Shown in pieces: positions 9,588 through 18,562 of a stretch of DNA of 64,000 nt. A program made the translations under genes and the position numbers. Location of the stretch: positions 1-64,000 of the IMG/VR virus record IMGVR_UViG_3300035428_000399; one strand, written 5' to 3'. The notes below the pieces were generated by a model, which was not told where the DNA came from, did not search any database, and saw only the letters and a program-made list of their open reading frames with translations. Within the stretch, counting starts at the first letter, position 1. Every line of letters begins with the position of its first letter. Source of the stretch: a virus. Its lineage: Duplodnaviria > Caudoviricetes.

Positions 9588-9866
9588 ATGGCAATGTCAC
9601 AGATTGAAATGGACACCTATACATCTGCTAGGAGGTTCTTCCAAACACAAGTAGAAAAGACGACAAGCTCTGAAGCCGTAAAATCCCAGCGGCGCTATGA
9701 GATTGCCAAAGAATGTCTCGCCCAGCTCACCACAGCCGTGTCAGCGCAGGTAGTTCAAATCGCCCGCAGTGGCAATGACGCGCCGTCGGTAAGGGAACAG
9801 ATATATGACTCGGCTGCCGAGGTTTCCTTAAACATGGCGGATGCTCTGCTAAAGAAACTCAAATAA
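9588..9866 (+). CDS. hypothetical protein
   Basis: tightly packed ORF; AQEIYD-like/ADALLKKL phage-type motif. Confidence 0.6.
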   Translation: MAMSQIEMDTYTSARRFFQTQVEKTTSSEAVKSQRRYEIAKECLAQLTTAVSAQVVQIARSGNDAPSVREQIYDSAAEVSLNMADALLKKLK

Positions 9867-9887
9867 CATCACTTAAATATCAATAAT

Positions 9888-10514
9888 ATGAATCTTTTCA
9901 AAACACTTTCAGAAGTGCTTGGCAACGGTTGCACAGCGACCATAACCATCGCACAGAAAGACGGCATCATGACCGTCGGCGTACTTCCAGGGAACAATCT
10001 CGTAAAGGACGGAGCCAAGAACAAAATCGTCCCCCTAAACATATCCGGCACACCTGAAGAACTCGACGAAGGATTCGTCGATGCCATCGCCGAGCCGGTC
10101 CGTAAGACCGCCGGTTTACTCGTAGATATGGCATCCTATGAGCAGGCCGCTGAAGAAGCCAAAGCCAACTCCAAAATGGAGGAAGAAAAGAAAATTGCCG
10201 AGGCCAATCGTAAAAAAGACTACGAAGGTTACGTCAATCTCGCCCGCACCAACCTGAAGGAGCAGAAATACCGCGACGCTCTAAAGTGTGTGGAATCCGC
10301 ACGCAAGGTCGCTCTTCCCTCTGATAAGACAGCCCTCGACACCCTGATGAACGAAATCAACTCTGCCTCTGGCGAGGGCGCGCTGTTCGGTCCATCCGAA
10401 GATAAGTCCGACGGTAAGAATATATCACTCAACGCCCCCAAGGGCAAGAAAGATAAGCCGGCATCCAGTGAGTGTGAAAGCGATTGTGAAACCAGCGAAG
10501 ACGAGGAGGAATAA
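9888..10514 (+). CDS. PRTRC system protein E
   Basis: VPLNISGTPEELDEGFVDAIAEP motif; first gene of the cassette. Confidence 0.85.
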   Translation: MNLFKTLSEVLGNGCTATITIAQKDGIMTVGVLPGNNLVKDGAKNKIVPLNISGTPEELDEGFVDAIAEPVRKTAGLLVDMASYEQAAEEAKANSKMEEEKKIAEANRKKDYEGYVNLARTNLKEQKYRDALKCVESARKVALPSDKTALDTLMNEINSASGEGALFGPSEDKSDGKNISLNAPKGKKDKPASSECESDCETSEDEEE

Positions 10515-10517
10515 ACC

Positions 10518-10727
10518 ATGGCACTCAATACATCGAAATTCCCGCGCGTCTTCAAGAAAAAAGATGAAATTCTTCCTGACCCGAATCCTATGCTCTCGCC
10601 GGAGGAGGTCATGGCCTACTACTCCAACCAATATCCTGAACTGACGACTTCCAACGTCTTCGGCCCCAAAATCGAGAACGACAAGGCCGTCTACGAGTTC
10701 AAGACCACCGTAGGAACAAAAGGATGA
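10518..10727 (+). CDS. PRTRC system protein C (ubiquitin-like)
   Basis: LPDPNPMLSPEEVMAYYSNQYPELTT; ends in VGTKG. Confidence 0.9.
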   Translation: MALNTSKFPRVFKKKDEILPDPNPMLSPEEVMAYYSNQYPELTTSNVFGPKIENDKAVYEFKTTVGTKG

Positions 10728-10746
10728 ATAGATCGGAATCCGAAGA

Positions 10747-11943
10747 ATGGAGACTTCTCTCAAAAATAGGAAGGATTCTACTCAAGGAGCAAGGTCGCCG
10801 CAATCATCTACGAGCCGTGGAAGAACGCGAGCCGGTTTTGTTACCGAAAAGAAAGTGCAGAATGCCTTTCTGAACGAAGTCCTCAGCCCGATACCATTAG
10901 TCAACCTGCCCGTTTGTGATAAACCATTCGGGCAGGTTACTGAAAATGGGGTTGTCTATTGGACCTATAAGAACGAGTTCAAGATAGACGCCGCCAGCAA
11001 TATCGAGTATCTCGCGGCTGCAGTTGGGGCATATTGCAATATCCAATGCGCTGAATTTGACTTTACTCCGTCCGATAACGCTTTGGCAGATTTGAGTGAA
11101 TTGCTTTGCATAGCCAAATCTGTGGCGCCTACAGACCACGAAATTAGCCTTGACTATGACGAGAAGATGAATATGGTTGTCATACTTGAGTACGACTTGT
11201 GCGATTTTGACTATAACACTATCTTCTTCTTCCCGGTGTCATTCGTAGAAAGACTTCCGAAAGAATTAAGGCCGATTGTAACCAGCGCATACAGCGTCCT
11301 CTCTATCTGCAACTACGCGCAGATGCCCGAAGACCATTGTGATGCGGCGTACACCCTGGGGCTGTGGGACGATGGCGAGCAATTAGCCGAACTGAAAGCT
11401 GAGGACGAGGAAAGATACAATGAACTAAAATCTTTTATAGACTCATACCTTGAGGGAAAAATCCATCAGCTTATATGCGAATGTCATTCTTTTCCCAGCG
11501 ATCTTGACAAGATGCGCTCAGACCTCGAAGAAGCCCGTGCCAAATATGCGGGGACTCAATATGGCCCTCTACTAAATTCAATACGAGACGGACTGATATT
11601 GAGTGAGGAAGATAAATGGATAAATTATATTCGTACACCGTCTTGGTGCAATATAGAAGATTTCGACGAACACGATGAAGGAATGATGGACCCCAGCCGC
11701 CTCTTTGTTATGGTCTACGATTTAATGGACGAGATTGTAGAAGGCATAACTGACTGCATCAACGGCGAAGCAAGTTCAATCGACGTGAGTGGTCTGTACG
11801 ACTTTAGGATACTTACTCCGGAAATAGATTCTGACTTTTGTGCATCGGACTTCCCGAAAAGGTGGGCCGAGTGGTTCGGCAGTTTCGTAGATATTACAGA
11901 ACATATAAGAAATGAGCAATCAACTGACACGAGCGCTGGATGA
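10747..11943 (+). CDS. PRTRC cassette protein (protein F position)
   Basis: acidic 398-aa ORF between the C and B genes, overlapping B. Confidence 0.6.
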   Translation: METSLKNRKDSTQGARSPQSSTSRGRTRAGFVTEKKVQNAFLNEVLSPIPLVNLPVCDKPFGQVTENGVVYWTYKNEFKIDAASNIEYLAAAVGAYCNIQCAEFDFTPSDNALADLSELLCIAKSVAPTDHEISLDYDEKMNMVVILEYDLCDFDYNTIFFFPVSFVERLPKELRPIVTSAYSVLSICNYAQMPEDHCDAAYTLGLWDDGEQLAELKAEDEERYNELKSFIDSYLEGKIHQLICECHSFPSDLDKMRSDLEEARAKYAGTQYGPLLNSIRDGLILSEEDKWINYIRTPSWCNIEDFDEHDEGMMDPSRLFVMVYDLMDEIVEGITDCINGEASSIDVSGLYDFRILTPEIDSDFCASDFPKRWAEWFGSFVDITEHIRNEQSTDTSAG

Positions 11944-12604
11944 AATGTACGACCCCAAAATGGCTATCGTCGTATATTCTTCAACCAATTCAGCCCCATA
12001 TTTGGAGCGACGCGATATTATTGACGGCAAAATGGGTGCCGGTAAGCCCCTAACCAAGAAATGTGTTACCGAAATATTCAGGGCTATCGTAGAGGACTCT
12101 GAAGACCTTTCGCAAGGTTATCACGGCGTAATCCCTAAGAACTTGCTTTATGCCGACACGACCACAGGTCGCACCAGACTTATCTGGTACAATCCTCCCA
12201 TGAAAAGGAGAATGTATTTTGTAGATTCACTTGGTATACCCGAAGGAGAGGTTGTCATGCCAGGGATAGTTTATGAAGCAAACGATAATTCTCTGAAAGT
12301 CTACTGTTTCAAAGGGAAGTCGCCTAAAGACCCTCTCTATCAGGCTCCGTTCTTCAATGTGAGCAATCATGCGGTCTGTCTTGGCACTGCCAAAACGAAA
12401 CGTCCGAAGTCTTTAACCTATACCGAGGCGATGGAGTATTGGGAGACAATGTTTTGGAACTCGGAGTTTTCCCATATCTACGGCGGTAATCCAGTGAAGG
12501 GCAATCTTGCCGTGATAACCAAGAACTGCATCGAAAAAGGCGAGCCGTTCCCGATGGACGCGCTCATAAAGTCGGAAATCAAACTGAAAGACATTCTCAA
12601 ATGA
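11912..12604 (+). CDS. PRTRC system protein B (prokaryotic E2-like)
   Basis: LIWYNPPMKRRMYF, LYQAPFFNV, VCLG, FWNSEFSH. Confidence 0.85.
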   Translation: MSNQLTRALDEMYDPKMAIVVYSSTNSAPYLERRDIIDGKMGAGKPLTKKCVTEIFRAIVEDSEDLSQGYHGVIPKNLLYADTTTGRTRLIWYNPPMKRRMYFVDSLGIPEGEVVMPGIVYEANDNSLKVYCFKGKSPKDPLYQAPFFNVSNHAVCLGTAKTKRPKSLTYTEAMEYWETMFWNSEFSHIYGGNPVKGNLAVITKNCIEKGEPFPMDALIKSEIKLKDILK

Positions 12605-13359
12605 AAACTCATTTCACGCATAACTACATCACAAATCCACGGCACCGCGTAACTGTGAACCTGATCGGAGCCGGCGGAACGGGTAGCCAAGTTGTTGGCG
12701 CCCTCGCTCGCATGGATTATGCCCTCTACAAGTTAGGACATCCTGGGTTGTTTGTGACTATCATCGACGACGATATTGTTACGGAAGCGAACATCGGCCG
12801 GCAATTATTCAGCGCGTCGGATATAGGGTTGAACAAAGCCAATGTGCTTGCAACTCGTATCAATTCTTTCTACGGGACTGATTGGGAAGCCAAGAAGATG
12901 ATGTACGATGGAAAGAACTCAGCCGCCGCCAACATTACCATAACTTGTGTCGATAGTGTAAACGCCCGCGTAGCCATAGGTAAGAACCTAAGGCAAGCTG
13001 GTGGCTTCGACGACAGGTTACAAATCTATTGGCTTGATTTCGGCAATCAGCTCGACCGAGGTCAAGTCATTCTCGGAACACTGAAAGATGTGGAGCAACC
13101 GAAAAGCCGGAAGTATAAGACCGTGAAAAGCATGAAGTGTGTAGACGAGTTCTTCAACCTTAGCGAGGTCAAGGACGAAGACAGTGGGCCAAGCTGCTCA
13201 CTCGCGGAGGCTCTGCGCAAGCAGGATTTATTTGTCAACTCATTCCTGGCTCAGACGGGATGCGCTTTGCTGTGGAAACTCTTCTATGACGGCAACATTG
13301 ATATGCAAGGTGCATTTGTCAATCTGGCTACCATGAACGTAAACCCCATCAAACTATGA
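12601..13359 (+). CDS. PRTRC system ThiF (E1-like) protein
   Basis: IGAGGTGS, DDDIVTEANIGRQLF, CVDS, SCSLAEALRKQDLFVN. Confidence 0.9.
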   Translation: MKTHFTHNYITNPRHRVTVNLIGAGGTGSQVVGALARMDYALYKLGHPGLFVTIIDDDIVTEANIGRQLFSASDIGLNKANVLATRINSFYGTDWEAKKMMYDGKNSAAANITITCVDSVNARVAIGKNLRQAGGFDDRLQIYWLDFGNQLDRGQVILGTLKDVEQPKSRKYKTVKSMKCVDEFFNLSEVKDEDSGPSCSLAEALRKQDLFVNSFLAQTGCALLWKLFYDGNIDMQGAFVNLATMNVNPIKL

Positions 13360-14102
13360 TAACGGATTACAAGAAACCGATGATTCAGGTATTCGAGAAA
13401 TACCGACACAAGTTTGAGCCTTATAGTCTGTTCGAGAGGTTCATGGAGTTTGTCATTACGGGTTTCGATATAACATTCTCGGCAATTGAGAGACCATTCA
13501 GCAAGGAAGAGTCGGAGGTGTGCCTGGAACTTCTCAATGTATGGGTAACATCAATGAACGAGGCTCTGAAACAAAAAGAGTGGTATGATCTACTCGGCGA
13601 TATGTATATGGATTATCTCTCCGGCACCATGAAGAAGCATTGGACCGGACAATATTTCACTCCTATGCACATCTGCGAATTTATGGCTAAAATTACAGAC
13701 CCTGGAGAAATAACCGATGAAAGGGTCATGGACTGCGCTTGTGGAAGTGGCCGTATGCTTCTCGCCTCACATATTCTTCATCCAGGAAATTACTGCTGTG
13801 CTCAGGATATGGATAGAATTTGCTGCCTTATGACTGTGTGTAATTTTATTATTCACGGAGTTAACGGAGAAGTGGTATGGGGAGACAGCCTCAATCCGGC
13901 TGATTATCGCGAAGGTTGGAGAACTAATGAAGCTCTAAACGTTCTCGGTGTTCCCTGTGTGAGGAAGATGGATAAAATGGAAGCCACGTCATATCTCAGC
14001 GGTCTCGCTATGCTGGCAGAGAGGAAAGAATCAGTCAAGATACCCGCCAGCAAAGCTGAAAAGAAAAAAGCAGTCGAACCCATTCAATTAAGTCTTTTTT
14101 GA
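13356..14102 (+). CDS. N-6 DNA methylase-like protein lacking catalytic motif IV
   Basis: GQYFTP and DCACGSGRML present; no NPP(Y/F) anywhere in the 248 aa. Confidence 0.75.
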   Translation: MITDYKKPMIQVFEKYRHKFEPYSLFERFMEFVITGFDITFSAIERPFSKEESEVCLELLNVWVTSMNEALKQKEWYDLLGDMYMDYLSGTMKKHWTGQYFTPMHICEFMAKITDPGEITDERVMDCACGSGRMLLASHILHPGNYCCAQDMDRICCLMTVCNFIIHGVNGEVVWGDSLNPADYREGWRTNEALNVLGVPCVRKMDKMEATSYLSGLAMLAERKESVKIPASKAEKKKAVEPIQLSLF

Positions 14103-14414
14103 ATGAAAAAGATTATCAATGTTTATGTCGGTACTGACCTGTCAATGACGACACCTACGCACCCGTTATCCTGCGCTACCGCAACCAAACGAATGATCGA
14201 CAAAATAGTGGGAATGCCAGATTCAAAGTTTGATATAAACACTAATTCTGAAGCCAGCATCAGGGTATTCCAGTTATATGGTCTTCATAAGGGGTTGACA
14301 ATAAACTTTCATATCAATGGGAAAAAGTCCTCTTACAAGGCCGTACTTGAGGATTTCAAACGAGCCGACAATTATATCAGAGAATTACAGAACCAAATAG
14401 AAAACGAGAAATGA
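14103..14414 (+). CDS. hypothetical protein
   Basis: tightly packed ORF. Confidence 0.6.
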   Translation: MKKIINVYVGTDLSMTTPTHPLSCATATKRMIDKIVGMPDSKFDINTNSEASIRVFQLYGLHKGLTINFHINGKKSSYKAVLEDFKRADNYIRELQNQIENEK

Positions 14415-14860
14415 ACCATATAGGAGAGTCCTCTTTTAAGTACATCATGCGCAAGTCTGGGCGCAAGCCAATTTCATGTCAGTGCGCGAAGTGCCAGTCA
14501 CAATGTCATACACCCTGTCTCGGTACTCCAGAAGATATTCTTAAAATAATCAAGGCCGGATATAAAGACCGAGTTGCTCCAACAGAGTGGTGGGCCGGAA
14601 TTATTATGGGAGTATGCAAGAAGCCCATCTATATGATTCAGGTCATCCAAGAGGAGAACGGTTATTGTACTTTCTTCCATGACGGGAAGTGCGAGTTGCA
14701 TGAACTCGGATTGAAGCCGACCGAAGGTAAGCTTTCTCATCATTCCATCAGAGCCGACAATTTCAACCCGAAAAAGTCCCTTTCGTGGCTTGTTGCCAAA
14801 GAGTGGCTCGAACCTAATCCAACAGAAATAGACGAGATTTGCAGAATGTTGCAAGAATGA
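14411..14860 (+). CDS. Cys-rich YkgJ-like metal/Fe-S binding protein
   Basis: CQCAKCQSQCHTPC and CTFFHDGKCELH...KP. Confidence 0.6.
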   Translation: MNHIGESSFKYIMRKSGRKPISCQCAKCQSQCHTPCLGTPEDILKIIKAGYKDRVAPTEWWAGIIMGVCKKPIYMIQVIQEENGYCTFFHDGKCELHELGLKPTEGKLSHHSIRADNFNPKKSLSWLVAKEWLEPNPTEIDEICRMLQE

Positions 14861-14879
14861 TTATTTTATAATCCCATGG

Positions 14880-14941
14880 CTTGCATATATGATTATTTAT
14901 GTTTATCTTTGCAAATGCAAATAAGATGAATTTAATCAAAA
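14880..14941 (+). promoter_or_regulatory. conserved promoter module, copy B
   Basis: CTTG 14880, 20-nt spacer, TATCTTTG 14904-14911, TGCAAATAAG 14916, TAATCAAAA 14933. Confidence 0.8.
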
Positions 14942-14953
14942 ACCGAACTTCAA

Positions 14954-15076
14954 ATGGAAACTCCAACTAACGAACAGAAACAAGCTGCGAATCAGCTTCG
15001 CAAGGAACTGAAAAAGGCGACCCCTTGTGTCTATCCCAATATATCCAGCATAGAACAATTTATAATGCAAGGATGA
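14954..15076 (+). CDS. 40-aa peptide (METPTNEQKQ...)
   Basis: ATG directly after promoter copy B; too short for the supplied ORF track. Confidence 0.45.
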   Translation: METPTNEQKQAANQLRKELKKATPCVYPNISSIEQFIMQG

Positions 15077-15158
15077 GCACGTCCCGAAAATCTCGATGTT
15101 CATCTTCTCTACGATTATCTCCTTTAGCAGGATATCTGCGAAGTTGAAGAATAAAGCC

Positions 15159-15518
15159 ATGAATTTCCACGATTTTTACGAGCCGCCGTTCTTCTCAGAC
15201 GAAGCCTATGTTTGGTCCAACAATGGCAATCTGGCACTGATGATTGCGGATATTTCCAAAGACAACACAGCAGTCCTGGACCGCCTTTGCCATATACTCA
15301 ACGGAGATATGGTGTCCGCCAAAAGTCCGGAGCTTGAGTATAAGGCCCCGGAGATTTTGCTGAACGGGCGTGCATTTCTTGTTATCAGAGGCCGTGGCTC
15401 TCTTGTAGAGAGCATTACAGACACCGACGAGTCGGCTTGTAAAATCCAGAATGACTTTGCGCATTGGGTAATCAGAAAACTGAAGGGCCATGATACAACT
15501 GTCGAACATAGATGCTGA
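15159..15518 (+). CDS. hypothetical phage protein
   Basis: ORF with A-rich start context (MNFHDFYEPPF...). Confidence 0.6.
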   Translation: MNFHDFYEPPFFSDEAYVWSNNGNLALMIADISKDNTAVLDRLCHILNGDMVSAKSPELEYKAPEILLNGRAFLVIRGRGSLVESITDTDESACKIQNDFAHWVIRKLKGHDTTVEHRC

Positions 15519-15687
15519 AAAAGTGTGCGTTCATCTTGAGAACAAACTGGCCTGCATGCGAGAGTCATTCAAATGTCGGAGCGAGGTCTCGACAAGTGAA
15601 TTTAATGAAGCTCGCCTCCTAGGACTTCTTATCAACAAAATCAACCGAAAATTAGATAAAGAGTGCCCTGACCGGCACAGTAAATAA
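15490..15687 (+). CDS. hypothetical protein
   Basis: overlapping, coupled ORF. Confidence 0.5.
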   Translation: MIQLSNIDAEKVCVHLENKLACMRESFKCRSEVSTSEFNEARLLGLLINKINRKLDKECPDRHSK

Positions 15688-15947
15688 TGAGATCACAGAC
15701 AGAAAAAGACAAACTGAGGTCGAGCGTGATAGACGAGCTTATTTCTGCTAAGAACTGGTTTACACTGGCTACTGACGAGAATAAGGTCAAAGTATTTTCA
15801 TGTACGGATGCGCCCACCCTCAAACGAGGAATAGTGAATATCATGCTTCAGGAGCCGGCCTATGCCAGTCTATTCGTAGATGCGGTGGGCGACTATGTGT
15901 CGATTATGAGGCGCCGAGAGATAAAAAATGGAATTTCATTAAACTAA
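15687..15947 (+). CDS. hypothetical protein
   Basis: TAATG coupling with the previous ORF. Confidence 0.55.
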   Translation: MRSQTEKDKLRSSVIDELISAKNWFTLATDENKVKVFSCTDAPTLKRGIVNIMLQEPAYASLFVDAVGDYVSIMRRREIKNGISLN

Positions 15948-15952
15948 TCATC

Positions 15953-16747
15953 ATGGCATTCAACGGGAAAGCAATTTACCAACCTAAAGGCCGTGCCGGG
16001 GAATACTCGGCGTGGGCCTGCAATTTTTATACCGGCTGTTCCAATGACTGTCAGTATTGCTATTGCAAGAGAGGCGTTATGAGCCATGTGTGGGACACTA
16101 AGCCCCATCTGAAGAAATGCTTCAGTAGCGAAGAAGACGCTTTGAGAGTCTTCACAGAAGAGGCTGTGAAAAACCTCGACCAGTTAAGGCAGAAAGGGAT
16201 ATTCTTTAGTTTCACAACGGACCCCATGCTCCCGGAAACTATAACGTTGACAAGTTGTGCTGTTGCAGCCTGCATGGAGTTGGATATACCAGTCAAGATT
16301 CTGACGAAACGGGCTGACTGGTTGCTTGAGTTGTCTTGCGACCCTGATAAGGCCAGGAAGTTATTGGCGTTCGGATTTACGTTAACCGGGCATGATGAAT
16401 TAGAGCCTCATGCTTCTACAAACATGGAACGTGTAAGAAAGATGCTCAATCTTCATAAAGACGGCTATAAGACTTTCGCGAGCATAGAGCCGGTTATTGA
16501 TGTGCCGACTTCGTATGCTATGATCAATGCCATATCCGGTTGGTGCGAGCTAATTAAGGTAGGTCTGCTTAGCGGCGGCAAGCGAACCTACAAGGAGGGA
16601 GAGGTAGAATTTCTATACGAAATGATATGGGGGGATACTCGCGGCAGTAAATTCTACATAAAGGATAGCGTCGTTAAGTATCTGGAGCTTGACCGCGCCA
16701 CTTTTCCCGACCATCTTGTAGACTCAAACTACAATATTTTCGCATAA
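15953..16747 (+). CDS. radical SAM protein
   Basis: CxxxCxxC (GCSNDCQYCYC), FSFTTDP, FASIEP. Confidence 0.85.
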   Translation: MAFNGKAIYQPKGRAGEYSAWACNFYTGCSNDCQYCYCKRGVMSHVWDTKPHLKKCFSSEEDALRVFTEEAVKNLDQLRQKGIFFSFTTDPMLPETITLTSCAVAACMELDIPVKILTKRADWLLELSCDPDKARKLLAFGFTLTGHDELEPHASTNMERVRKMLNLHKDGYKTFASIEPVIDVPTSYAMINAISGWCELIKVGLLSGGKRTYKEGEVEFLYEMIWGDTRGSKFYIKDSVVKYLELDRATFPDHLVDSNYNIFA

Positions 16748-16748
16748 T

Positions 16749-16943
16749 ATGAAAAGAAGACCGAAAATCACAATCATGTGGGGGCGTGTAATCGCGTCTC
16801 TGCTATCATATATCCTTTTGCCTATTCTGTTGCCGGTTACGATAATAGCGTCCATCTGCGAGAATATCCTGATAGCGTGGGGCCAGTTCAGGCATTGGAT
16901 AATCACAAAACTCGACATCAAAAGGACTAATCGACATGAATAA
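16749..16943 (+). CDS. small membrane protein
   Basis: hydrophobic core (VIASLLSYILLPILLPVTIIASI). Confidence 0.5.
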   Translation: MKRRPKITIMWGRVIASLLSYILLPILLPVTIIASICENILIAWGQFRHWIITKLDIKRTNRHE

Positions 16944-17355
16944 AATCGTACAACTCACAGACTATGAATATCAGCAGCTCAAAAAGGAAGCTGATATGAC
17001 CTGCGCCGCAATGGAAGCAGAGATAATGCGTGGCATCGAAGAACACAGCAAACTATCCGTTGACCTCAAACTCGATGTCGGACGCGACTGGGACGATGTG
17101 TTCCACATAAAGCCGGTAGTATATGTATCCTCATCTCACTATGACGCCGGGCAAGGATTCAATAAAGTAAAGTACGCCGTATCTTATGAAGCCTGCCGAA
17201 AGATTAGTAAGCACGTTGAGAGGTGGCTGGACAATCAAATCCGGACAAGATATAAGATTGACATCGACACAATAAACAAGTACAACGAGAGAATGAACAA
17301 TCAAGCCAAGTGGAATTATGCCTATGCACTCATAGCTCTTTCTATATTCCTCTGA
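16936..17355 (+). CDS. hypothetical protein with C-terminal hydrophobic tail
   Basis: coupled ORF. Confidence 0.6.
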   Translation: MNKIVQLTDYEYQQLKKEADMTCAAMEAEIMRGIEEHSKLSVDLKLDVGRDWDDVFHIKPVVYVSSSHYDAGQGFNKVKYAVSYEACRKISKHVERWLDNQIRTRYKIDIDTINKYNERMNNQAKWNYAYALIALSIFL

Positions 17356-17356
17356 T

Positions 17357-17626
17357 ATGGCACAGATAGTAAGCGAAGCTGCTGGCTTCAAGGTCGCAGA
17401 AGTGAGTCGAACTGAACTTATGGATAAATTGGGCCCTCTGGGTGCCGTGGGAGTCTGTGATTATTGTATGTCCCAACCCAAAATTGGCTATTACGTTGCA
17501 GTGCTCGACCAGTGGCTTTGCCCTAAATGTTATGACGAATTCATCAAAAATAACAGTCCAAACCCTCGTGACACATGGTTCGAGGACGAGAGGTTCGCAT
17601 GGTTCAAAACACAATTTCAACTATAA
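17357..17626 (+). CDS. zinc-finger-like hypothetical protein
   Basis: CDYC...WLCPKC. Confidence 0.65.
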   Translation: MAQIVSEAAGFKVAEVSRTELMDKLGPLGAVGVCDYCMSQPKIGYYVAVLDQWLCPKCYDEFIKNNSPNPRDTWFEDERFAWFKTQFQL

Positions 17627-17666
17627 CAGCCCTGGAGCGGCTAAATAAACTCCAATCAAAAATCAC

Positions 17667-18377
17667 ATGAAAAAGTATATTGGCAAAGAAGAGATTTCTG
17701 CAGAACCCATGACCTATGGGGAGGCATTCAAAGACGGCATTATTCCGGAGAACGCATACGTCGAAGAGCTCTCTGACAGTAAAGGGTACAAAATAGTCGG
17801 AGTCGACAAAGCTGTCGGCTGGTTACCCAAGGATGACTTCGAGTCTTTATATCGCGTAGCCGAAACGCACCTCGACCGCATCAACATCGAGGACAAAGAC
17901 CTGCGCGAGAAATGCTGTCGTCTCTCGGATTTCATCAACAACAACGATAAATTCAAGGGACTGTCTCTGGGGGACAAGGCTATGCTTGTGGCACAGTTCC
18001 ACATGATGAACGCTTACTCCAGCATTCTATCGCTGCGCCAGTCTACTATTGAAGGCGGCGTGAGTGGTCGCCCATACGGATTCTCCTTCGAGCAGGTACT
18101 TCCTCTCATACGTGAGGGATACGCAGTCCGACGTAACGGATGGAACGGAAAGGGGCTCATGGTGTTCAAGCAGATCCCGGCTCATATCGGCTCCGACATC
18201 ATCCCCAAGATGCAGTCCCTCCCCAACGAGGCCAAGAGGCTCATCCTGGCTCATGGGGACCACATCGACTATGTTTCTCAGTGCCTCATCTTCAATGCCG
18301 ATACCGGCGAAGCCAATTCGTGGGCGCCATCCATCAGCGATGTCTTTGCCAACGACTGGGAACTTGTCGTAGAGTAA
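17667..18377 (+). CDS. three-domain fusion: KYIG...WLPKDDFE domain + Acb2-like + Tad2 (DUF2829)-like nucleotide-sponge candidate
   Basis: aa 138-236 FSFEQVLPLIREGYAVRRNGWNGKG...WAPSISDVFANDW; aa 66-125 RINIEDKDLREKCCRLSDFI...AQFHMMNAYSSILSLR. Confidence 0.75.
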   Translation: MKKYIGKEEISAEPMTYGEAFKDGIIPENAYVEELSDSKGYKIVGVDKAVGWLPKDDFESLYRVAETHLDRINIEDKDLREKCCRLSDFINNNDKFKGLSLGDKAMLVAQFHMMNAYSSILSLRQSTIEGGVSGRPYGFSFEQVLPLIREGYAVRRNGWNGKGLMVFKQIPAHIGSDIIPKMQSLPNEAKRLILAHGDHIDYVSQCLIFNADTGEANSWAPSISDVFANDWELVVE

Positions 18378-18560
18378 ATGTCCCGGGCACTCAGCACAAC
18401 TGCTCATTGTCTAATCTATCGTCTAAGGAAGAAAGGTATTCGCGTAAACACTAAAGAGCGAGTAATCTTTCTCCCTTACGGCGAGAAGATTGATGACTAT
18501 ATACAAATTGTGCGGTTGCATAGAGAATTTTATTTGAATGTTCAGTTTATAATAACTTAA
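18378..18560 (+). CDS. small basic hypothetical protein
   Basis: LIYRLRKKGIRVNTKERVIF. Confidence 0.6.
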   Translation: MSRALSTTAHCLIYRLRKKGIRVNTKERVIFLPYGEKIDDYIQIVRLHREFYLNVQFIIT

Positions 18561-18562
18561 CT

